From an uncultured Gammaproteobacteria bacterium (GTDB taxonomy: Bacteria > Patescibacteriota > Microgenomatia > UBA8517), in assembly GCA_964600575.1 (NCBI GenBank), contig CAZRJH010000006.1, positions 1 to 58,243 of the forward strand: a stretch of 58,243 nucleotides of DNA, read 5' to 3'. Each line of letters begins with the position of its first letter. Within the stretch, counting starts at the first letter, position 1. Below are positions 51,380 to 58,243 of this stretch, in pieces. The translations under genes were made by a program, and so were the position numbers. The notes beneath the pieces were generated by a model. It did not search any database and was not told the DNA's origin. It was given only the letters and a program-made list of their open reading frames with translations.

Positions 51380-53947
51380 ATGTCAAAACTATGGGTATAT
51401 TATTTGACCATTGTGGCATTCTTAACTACGATTGACTATACTCTGATTAATGCCATGAAACTGCTCCGTAGTGTTTTAATCTTCATAGTTACATTTTTAT
51501 TTGTTTTTGTACCGCAAATAAGTGCATGGACTGCCGCAGATGTTCCAGTGGCCTATTCGCTTTTTGCAACCGTAACACCCTACCCGTATCAGATGGCGGT
51601 GGATTCCAGCGGTAACTTGTATGTTGCAATGACGGGAGATAACAAGATTTTTAAATATAATTCGGCCGGAACTTTACAAACATCTTTTGGTACGGCATTT
51701 TCTGGCCCTACCGGGGTGGCTATTACCCAGAGCGGCAATATTATAGTTGCTAACTATCAGCAGGATAAAGTTGAAACATGGAGTAATAGTGGGAGTTTTA
51801 TTTCTACATTTGGGTCCACCGGTAGCGGTAATAATCAATTTTCTAGCCCCTACGCCATAGCAGTTGATTCTTCCGGAAACATCTATGTTGCCGATGCGGG
51901 TAACAATAGAGTCCAAAAGTTTGACTCTAATATGACATACCAATCTACAATCACAGGTAACGGGGGAGCATTTAATTTTCCCCAGGTAATTACGATAGAT
52001 TCATCTGATAACTTGTGGGTTTTAGACTCGGGTAACAATAGAGTCCAAAAGTTTAATTCTTCCGGAGCGTTTCAATTAACAATCACGGGTAACGGGGGGG
52101 CTTGGAATTACCCCGAGGCAATGACTGTTGATTCCAGTGGTAATGTTTATGTGGGAGATTCCGGCAATGACCATATACAAGTTTTTGATAGCGGCGGAAC
52201 ATTTAAACAACAAATAGGATCTTCCGGAACATCTTTGGGGCAGTACGACTATATAACAGGGTTAGGATTTAATAATTCTTTGGGCGTAATGTATGTGGGG
52301 GACAATACTCGCATTCAAAAATTTACTTTTGACAGATCTACTCCTTCTACATCTATAACAAGCTTTCCGAGTAATCAAACAACCGACACAACACCTGTGA
52401 TAACGGGTACTGCAAGCGATGTAAGCAATATAACTGCAGTTCAATATTCTTTAGATAATTCGACTTGGAATAGTTGTACTGCTACCGACGGGAGCTTTAA
52501 CTCCACAAGCGAGAGTTTTACTTGTCAGATTACACAAACACTTAACTTTGTGAACTATACGGTTTATGTTCGTGCAACGGATAGTTACACAAACACTAAT
52601 TCGGGTGGCAGTGTTCCTAATTACACTTTTAGTGTTGCCAATATTCCCGCACCACCCGCCGAATCCACAAATGCCCCGCCCGTAACACCTGCAGGCTATC
52701 CGGTTATCACAAGCGCAACTTTAGGTAGTACTTTTGTAACTTTGAATTTTGTTCCGAGCGGAGGAACTTTTACAGGATTTGATGTTACTTACGGTACGAC
52801 AACGGGCGCAGATATGTACGGAACGGGAACGACAGGAGATTCAACAACAAGAAGTGTTGGTATAGGTGATCTGGCACCTAATACAACTTATTATTTTAAA
52901 ATCAGACAAATGAACGACGAAGTACCTGGGCCATTTTCCCCCGTATTTTCGGCACATACTAAAACGGCGGGTGCGGGCACGGGAGTGATTTTGAATCCTA
53001 CCGCCTCACCGATTTCTTCACCCGAATCCGAATTTGGTGCGCCTATTACATTTACCAGTCCCAACCCCGAGGATCTGATATCTAAAACCGAAAGAGAGGC
53101 TCCTCAAGAAAACGCGGAAAGTGGCGGAACTGTTTTAGAAAAAGCTGTTTCGGCAATTGCTAACAATAAAGTTTTGCCTCCGCCTGTAGCCCAAAAAATA
53201 TCCAGACAGACTGCAAACGTGGTCGTGCCCGGAGCAGTTGCAGTTTCTGCGGCTGCCACAGTAACAACGGGCAATATTCTTTTTAGAACTCTTACTACTC
53301 TTTATTCCGAGACTTCTCGTGCTGCAAAAAATTTGCCTTGGGATTTAGTTAGAGGATTGGGACAATGGGCAGGATCCGGAATTCCGATAATTACATTTGT
53401 TAAAAAGAGAAAGGGTAGAGGAGTGGTGTTTAATGCTTTAACAAGTCATCCGATTGCGGGTGCTTTGGTTGTTTTTTATTCTATGTCCGGAAACCTTAAG
53501 ACAGATTATACAGACATAAACGGCAGATATTTTGTTGACCCCAGACCCGACGATTACAAAGTGAGGGCCGAGCATATTCAATATGCTTATCCTTCTAAAC
53601 TTGTTACTACAAAAACAGGTAGTCTTTATGGAATGGTTTATTTACAAAGTGAATTAATAAAAATTAGAGAAGGTGAAGAGTTTCTTTCTAATGTTTCGCT
53701 CCCCATGGATCCTGTTAAATTTACGGGAGGTTCTAAAGCATTTTGGGGACTTTGGAAAGATATGGTTAAAGCCTATGACTTTGTAAAAATTCCTACCGCT
53801 TTAATATTTTTAGTGATTACGGGAATAGGCGCTACAAGGCCACAATCACTTTTTGACTTGGTTGCTTTCTTTACAATACTTATGTATTTGGGGATTCAGT
53901 TTTTGAGAGCGGGCGTAAAAGAAGAAGTCTCAGCCGCTATCCGTTAA
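51380..53947 (+). CDS. NHL-repeat surface protein with Ig/FN3-like middle region, C-terminal TM helices and a CarboxypepD_reg-like domain
   Basis: Repeated blades such as VDSSGNLYVA..NKIFKYNS, VDSSGNIYVADAGNNRVQKFDS and DSGNNRVQKFNSSG. GRGVVFNALTSHPIAGALVVF..DINGRYFV. ATG 51380 has an SD-like GGAGCGGGG upstream; the alternative ATG 51455 would give a classic signal peptide. Confidence 0.8.
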   Translation: MSKLWVYYLTIVAFLTTIDYTLINAMKLLRSVLIFIVTFLFVFVPQISAWTAADVPVAYSLFATVTPYPYQMAVDSSGNLYVAMTGDNKIFKYNSAGTLQTSFGTAFSGPTGVAITQSGNIIVANYQQDKVETWSNSGSFISTFGSTGSGNNQFSSPYAIAVDSSGNIYVADAGNNRVQKFDSNMTYQSTITGNGGAFNFPQVITIDSSDNLWVLDSGNNRVQKFNSSGAFQLTITGNGGAWNYPEAMTVDSSGNVYVGDSGNDHIQVFDSGGTFKQQIGSSGTSLGQYDYITGLGFNNSLGVMYVGDNTRIQKFTFDRSTPSTSITSFPSNQTTDTTPVITGTASDVSNITAVQYSLDNSTWNSCTATDGSFNSTSESFTCQITQTLNFVNYTVYVRATDSYTNTNSGGSVPNYTFSVANIPAPPAESTNAPPVTPAGYPVITSATLGSTFVTLNFVPSGGTFTGFDVTYGTTTGADMYGTGTTGDSTTRSVGIGDLAPNTTYYFKIRQMNDEVPGPFSPVFSAHTKTAGAGTGVILNPTASPISSPESEFGAPITFTSPNPEDLISKTEREAPQENAESGGTVLEKAVSAIANNKVLPPPVAQKISRQTANVVVPGAVAVSAAATVTTGNILFRTLTTLYSETSRAAKNLPWDLVRGLGQWAGSGIPIITFVKKRKGRGVVFNALTSHPIAGALVVFYSMSGNLKTDYTDINGRYFVDPRPDDYKVRAEHIQYAYPSKLVTTKTGSLYGMVYLQSELIKIREGEEFLSNVSLPMDPVKFTGGSKAFWGLWKDMVKAYDFVKIPTALIFLVITGIGATRPQSLFDLVAFFTILMYLGIQFLRAGVKEEVSAAIR

Positions 53948-54361
53948 ATATTTTTTGACCAAATCTAATCCTTCCGGATTAATGAAGTTATCGGGAACTG
54001 AGTTTGTATCACACCACTTCCACTCGCTAAATTTTTCCGGTTCCATTAATTTTGCCTCTGAATTTGTTTTACAAATGAATACATGCACCACGTCTTCGGA
54101 TTTTGACCCCCGGACTTTCCCCAGATAACTTTGTATATCAAGGTTTTTAATGTTTACTTCTTCTTTAACTTCTCGTCTTAGCGTTTCTTCGAGAGTTTCT
54201 TTTGGATTACATCTACCTCCCGGGACTGTCCAGACGGAAATATCTTTCCAGACATCTTTTGTATAGTTTCTGAGTCCGATCAGGATTTTGTTATCTTTTA
54301 TGATAAAAGCTACTGCAACATCGGTATTTGTCATCCTTCTTTGAAGAATATTTTTAATCAT
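53930..54361 (-). CDS. Nudix hydrolase (MutT-like)
   Basis: Nudix box GGRCNPKETLEETLRREVKEEVN. Possible starts at 54361 or 54385. Confidence 0.8.
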   Translation of the reverse strand: MIKNILQRRMTNTDVAVAFIIKDNKILIGLRNYTKDVWKDISVWTVPGGRCNPKETLEETLRREVKEEVNIKNLDIQSYLGKVRGSKSEDVVHVFICKTNSEAKLMEPEKFSEWKWCDTNSVPDNFINPEGLDLVKKYLTDSG

Positions 54362-54375
54362 AGCAGGGTAAGGAG

Positions 54376-55857
54376 ATGATATCATGGAACCTAGTGAAAA
54401 AATATTTTGTTGAAATAGCAGTTTTTTGGTGCGGCTTTTGTGTAATGGTTATCGAGATATTGGGCTCCAGAATTTTTGCTCCTTATTTTGGTACGACTGT
54501 AGTCGTATGGACTTTGCTTATCGGGGTTGTTCTTGCCAGTTTAAGTTTGGGGTATGTTTACGGGGGTAAGCTTGCAGACAAAAATCCTAGTGCCCTGCAG
54601 TTTTCAAGGATCCTACTTTTAGCCGCTTTGGGAATTGTTTTTGTATGGTTTTGGGATAAATTTATCTTGCCTAAATATACTTTTATATACCAGTTGGGAA
54701 CTCTCGGGATGTTTTTGTCCGCAGTTTTTATGTTTGGACCCGTGTCTTTTGTGTTTGCAATGGTATCGCCTTATGCAATAAAAATTAAATCCCTGGAAGA
54801 AAAATTTTCCGCTACTATTGCAGGACGACTTTATGCCCTGTCTACTGTAGGAAGTATTGCAGGAACTTTTATTGCAGGATTTATTCTTATCCCAAAATTT
54901 GGTATTAACGAGATACTTCTTGGGTTGTTTTTTGTTACGGTTGTATTGTCGCTTGCCGCCCGACCCATTAAGGAATTATTTAAGGGAGTACTTTTTGGAT
55001 TATTGATCGCCTTGTCGCTTTTTTTTGCAGAGAAAACATTTGCACTGCGCTGTCGATGCATTGAAATAAACACACTCTACAACAGATATAAGGTAGTGAA
55101 TTTTCCCGACTGGATAACGGGGAGACAGGTTGTCGCACTACAATCTGATGTGTCTACTTTTCAGGGTGCTGTATTTACAGATAACGACAACGACTTAGTT
55201 TTTGATTACCTGAAGTATTACAGATTGGCTGAAGTTTTTAATACCAACATAAAGAAGGGTCTTATGATCGGTGGAGGGGTGTATGCGTTTCCTAAAGACT
55301 TTGTAAGAAGATTGCCCGACTCGACTATTGATGTTGTGGATATCGACCCCGAAATTATTTCGATTGCAAAAGAATATTTTAATTATAAAGATGACATACG
55401 GATAAATCCGATTGTGGCCGACGGCAGAATTTATTTAAACAATAACAAAAATAAATATGATGTTATTTATTTGGACGCATTTAATTCAAAAGTAATGCCT
55501 TTTCAACTAACAACGGTTGAAACTGTAGAAAATATTTATAGGGGTTTAAGTGACGACGGAGTGGTTTTTGTTAATATTTTGACTGCGATAAGCGGATACA
55601 AAAGCAGGATTTTAGCAACGCAGGTAAAAAATTATGAAAGAGTTTTTGGCAAGGTTTATCTTTATAAAGTAAGCAGTTCCCCTGATAATTTTGCACAAAA
55701 TATTATTTTAGTGGCCTCCAAAAATAAAGATAAAAAACCGATTTCGAAAGATCTGGAGCTTCTCGGTTATTTGAAAAATGAAATAAAACCCGATTACCCC
55801 AATACGGTAGCTATTACGGATAACTATGCTCCTACGGATTATTTTGTGTCTATTTAA
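54376..55857 (+). CDS. Spermidine-synthase-like aminopropyltransferase fused to an N-terminal polytopic membrane domain
   Basis: About 7 TM helices, then LMIGGGVYAFP, VVDIDPEIISIAKEYF and DVIYLDAF. Confidence 0.75.
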   Translation: MISWNLVKKYFVEIAVFWCGFCVMVIEILGSRIFAPYFGTTVVVWTLLIGVVLASLSLGYVYGGKLADKNPSALQFSRILLLAALGIVFVWFWDKFILPKYTFIYQLGTLGMFLSAVFMFGPVSFVFAMVSPYAIKIKSLEEKFSATIAGRLYALSTVGSIAGTFIAGFILIPKFGINEILLGLFFVTVVLSLAARPIKELFKGVLFGLLIALSLFFAEKTFALRCRCIEINTLYNRYKVVNFPDWITGRQVVALQSDVSTFQGAVFTDNDNDLVFDYLKYYRLAEVFNTNIKKGLMIGGGVYAFPKDFVRRLPDSTIDVVDIDPEIISIAKEYFNYKDDIRINPIVADGRIYLNNNKNKYDVIYLDAFNSKVMPFQLTTVETVENIYRGLSDDGVVFVNILTAISGYKSRILATQVKNYERVFGKVYLYKVSSSPDNFAQNIILVASKNKDKKPISKDLELLGYLKNEIKPDYPNTVAITDNYAPTDYFVSI

Positions 55858-55902
55858 ACAATTATTCTTTGCAGATAAAGCCTTGAGATGTCATAATCTC
55901 GT

Positions 55903-56832
55903 ATGATTAACGCTTCGATTGTCGGAATTCCACTGGATCTTGGGGCGGAGAACTTGGGTGTTGATATAGGGCCCAATGCAATAAGATACCAGAACATAAA
56001 AGAAAAACTTGAAAGAGCAGGATTTAAAATATCTGATGCGGGCAACATTGAATGCACGAGTCGGGAGAAACTTTTACCCGGCGACCCCAAACTAAAATAT
56101 CTTAATGAAATACTAAGAGTGTCCGAGTCTAGTGCAAAAGTTGTTAATGACTTGATTATAAAAAAGAAAAAAGTAATTGCACTCGGGGGAGACCACTCTA
56201 TAAGTCTTGGGACAATTTCGGGTGCATCTGTCGCAACAAAAGGGGATTTGGCACTGATTTACCTTGATGCGCACGGAGATATGAATACCGAAAAAACCAC
56301 AATGACAGGGAATATTCATGGAATGCATCTGGCTTCTTTAATGGGCTTTGGCGACAAAAGCCTCGCAAATGTTTTTGGTAAGACCGTAAAACTTAAAAAA
56401 GAAAACTTATTGCATATCGGGGCGTGTGATTTGGACCCCGGGGAAATTGAACTGATTGAAAATGAAGATCTTTCTACCTATAAAATTACCGATATTTTGG
56501 CAACAGGGCTTTTACCGTTATTTAAAAAAATTGATGAGCTGAGTAACACAAACAAAAATATTTGGGTTAGTTTGGATTTGGATGTTGTTGATAGTATCTA
56601 TGCGCCTGCGGCCGGAATGCCAAACATGGGAGGATTGACCTACAGGGAAGTCGCTGCAATTTGTGAACACATAGGTAGTGCCGCGAATGTTATCGGTATA
56701 GATGTTGTGGAATATAACCCCTTACAGGACATTCAAGGAAAAACTGCCGAGTTGGCGATTGAGTTAACCGCTAAGCTTTTTGGTAAAAACTACAGTTGGT
56801 ATACAAACTATTTGAGTGAGAATAAAAAATAG
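55903..56832 (+). CDS. rocF: Arginase (ureohydrolase family)
   Basis: GGDHSISLG, YLDAHGDMNT...GNIHGMHLA (arginase-specific) and SLDLDVVD. Confidence 0.88.
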   Translation: MINASIVGIPLDLGAENLGVDIGPNAIRYQNIKEKLERAGFKISDAGNIECTSREKLLPGDPKLKYLNEILRVSESSAKVVNDLIIKKKKVIALGGDHSISLGTISGASVATKGDLALIYLDAHGDMNTEKTTMTGNIHGMHLASLMGFGDKSLANVFGKTVKLKKENLLHIGACDLDPGEIELIENEDLSTYKITDILATGLLPLFKKIDELSNTNKNIWVSLDLDVVDSIYAPAAGMPNMGGLTYREVAAICEHIGSAANVIGIDVVEYNPLQDIQGKTAELAIELTAKLFGKNYSWYTNYLSENKK

Positions 56833-56893
56833 GAGTCTTTTAAATATTGTATTCAAGATTGGCCTTAAAGGTATGTGCTAGAATTTTATAGTT

Positions 56894-57364
56894 ATGGAAA
56901 CCAAGAGTTTGGCAACTTCGGCAGGCAAGACACTTGAGGACAAGACATCTGACGAATGGAAGATAAATGAAGGTGTATTGGAGCAAGTTGCGAAGGATCA
57001 GGGTATTGATCAACCCGAGGTGTTTGCAAGAGATTCAAAAGTCCAAAGTGCAATTAAAGAAATGATTAACGACGAAGGCTTCCCGGATTTTTATGACGCA
57101 ATGAGTGCTAGACGAGATTTTAGAGCCGACAATTCTGATATTGATAAAACGTTTCCAACATCAGACTCTATATTCGACGGGTTAAATTCGGACAATCTTG
57201 CAAATCCCAAGTTTGTTGAGTTGCTTCAGATTGAACATCGAATAATAGAGGCTAAATTTAAATTAATCCATAAACAGGACGCATCTACCTCTATGAAGCT
57301 GAGTATCATCCAACTGTTTGGTTTAGCAGAGGCTTATACGAGAGCAGCTAAAATTATATTTTAA
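56894..57364 (+). CDS. Hypothetical protein (156 aa)
   Basis: ORF only. Confidence 0.4.
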   Translation: METKSLATSAGKTLEDKTSDEWKINEGVLEQVAKDQGIDQPEVFARDSKVQSAIKEMINDEGFPDFYDAMSARRDFRADNSDIDKTFPTSDSIFDGLNSDNLANPKFVELLQIEHRIIEAKFKLIHKQDASTSMKLSIIQLFGLAEAYTRAAKIIF

Positions 57365-57515
57365 ATCAGCATTTTTAATTGCTCCTAGCGGAGCAAGGTG
57401 CCGAATGGTACCTTGCTGGGGGACATAGACGCTATTTGAACCTTTTGACAGTCTTCAGAAGAGCAATTTTATATTCCTAATTACCAATTCGGGCATTTGT
57501 TAACTACGTAAACAA

Positions 57516-58109
57516 CTATGCTATGTCTTCGGTTTTGACATTTCCCGCACGTTTATAATAGCCAAAGAAAATACCACTTGGAGTAACTTTGGATTTATAT
57601 AGTTTGAAGGCAGCAGGTATTGTACCTTTTTCAAACAATCGTTTTCCTGTCCCAAGTGTAATGGGAAATATTTTTAGCCAAAGTTCATCTACCAAATCAT
57701 GTTCCATTAAAGTCTGGGCAAGATTACTGCTACCATACACTTGAAGATCGGAACCGTTTGAGTTCTTCAGCTCTTTTAATTCATTAATATCTTTTATCAC
57801 GATAGTATTTTCCCATAATGGGTTCTCTAGGGTTTTGGACACGACATATTTTGTAATTTTGTTTACTTGAGGCCATGGTTCTGTATGATTGGGCCAATAT
57901 CCAGAGAAGATGTCATATGTTTTACGTCCAAGAAGTAATGCAGACGTCTCTTTCATTTGTATTTCCATTTCTTTCCCGCCTACTTCATCAAAATAGGGAC
58001 TCATCCATCCGCCATACTTGAAACCTTCTGCTGTATCCTCCTTGGATCCACCAGGGGCCTGCATGACTCCGTCTATCGTTATAAACTCCACCAAAATAAT
58101 TTTTCTCAT
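57516..58109 (-). CDS. Dihydrofolate-reductase-family protein (RibD C-terminal domain)
   Basis: MRKIILVEFITIDGVMQAPGG... and YGSSNLAQTL fit the RibD_C/YwjB-like pattern. Confidence 0.8.
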   Translation of the reverse strand: MRKIILVEFITIDGVMQAPGGSKEDTAEGFKYGGWMSPYFDEVGGKEMEIQMKETSALLLGRKTYDIFSGYWPNHTEPWPQVNKITKYVVSKTLENPLWENTIVIKDINELKELKNSNGSDLQVYGSSNLAQTLMEHDLVDELWLKIFPITLGTGKRLFEKGTIPAAFKLYKSKVTPSGIFFGYYKRAGNVKTEDIA

Positions 58110-58243
58110 AAGTAAATTGTATCAAAGGTATGCGTTGAAGGCTTATTCAATTAAAGACCAAATAAGTTCGAATCCGAGTTGGAACTTTTGCTGGGGGACA
58201 GGGATTCGTGTGCAAAATATAAAATTCCATAATTCGCACTATT

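Noticed and set aside
51897-52054. Template/variable repeat pair of a diversity-generating retroelement
   Set aside because: The repeats are in-frame consecutive NHL blades. No reverse transcriptase gene lies in the window, and the differences are not adenine-specific as far as I could see by eye.
58141-58215. tRNA or tRNA-fragment (att-like) signal: GTTCGAATCC on the + strand, and GAATCCCTGTCCCCCAGCA on the - strand
   Set aside because: I could not build a complementary T-stem or acceptor stem on either strand, and there is no CCA context or anticodon arm. At most it is a decayed fragment. No integrase is nearby.
1-58243. Alternative genetic code (UGA or UAG recoding, as in some CPR lineages)
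   Set aside because: Long uninterrupted ORFs for conserved proteins (FtsH, CopA, PilB, ligase, GDH) end at positions consistent with full-length homologues using all three standard stops. No in-frame stop is needed to complete any conserved domain.

Overview
AT-rich, gene-dense bacterial chromosome segment read in the standard genetic code. I count about 65 plausible CDS, mostly on the + strand. By eye I found no rRNA, tRNA, CRISPR array, transposase or integrase. The gene content fits a small Patescibacteria/CPR-like genome, but that assignment is inference only. Supporting traits are a stand-alone 5'-3' exonuclease, an ATP-dependent DNA ligase, a compact type IV pilus operon, many orphan small proteins and mostly Shine-Dalgarno-less starts.

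Main blocks:
- 1-5 kb: C39-like peptidase, tRNA-binding protein, FtsH, and two tandem paralogous Cys-motif orphans.
- 5-14 kb: envelope and glycan genes. The pair 'GT4 glycosyltransferase plus small 4-TM protein' occurs twice, alongside an FkbM methyltransferase, DedA and a GH36-like hydrolase. MutM lies in this block, preceded by a 4-copy ~61-bp palindrome-containing tandem repeat.
- 14-26 kb: housekeeping genes, including RecF, NAD(P)HX dehydratase, Fic, DNA ligase, an Nramp-like transporter, Pth, an Atl-type alkyltransferase-like protein and glutamate dehydrogenase.
- 26.1-34.4 kb: a large copper-handling locus. The canonical part is CsoR with a C6-T-G7 operator, CopZ, CopA and two cupredoxin-like paralogues. 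The non-canonical upstream module has an unannotated MCYNCGC mini-ORF, a ferric-reductase/MsrQ-like membrane domain fused to HxHP repeats, two secreted proteins with a predicted N-terminal His (one YcnI/DUF1775), and a CCGN-motif protein. I consider this module the most novel candidate system in the window.
- 34.4-36.2 kb: trxA, a Pro-rich ORF and trxB, with a long structured leader upstream of trxA.
- 38.6-48.2 kb: DsbA-like protein, HD protein and a pilB-pilC-pseudopilin-pilA operon that includes a 798-aa pseudopilin with LVIVD-like repeats.
- 48.2-58.2 kb: a degenerate Nudix / TrmH / JAB-like operon, PncB, an NHL-repeat surface protein, a Nudix hydrolase, a membrane-fused spermidine-synthase-like protein, arginase and a RibD-C/DHFR-family protein.

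All functional calls come from motif recognition by eye and should be confirmed with HMM and structure searches.
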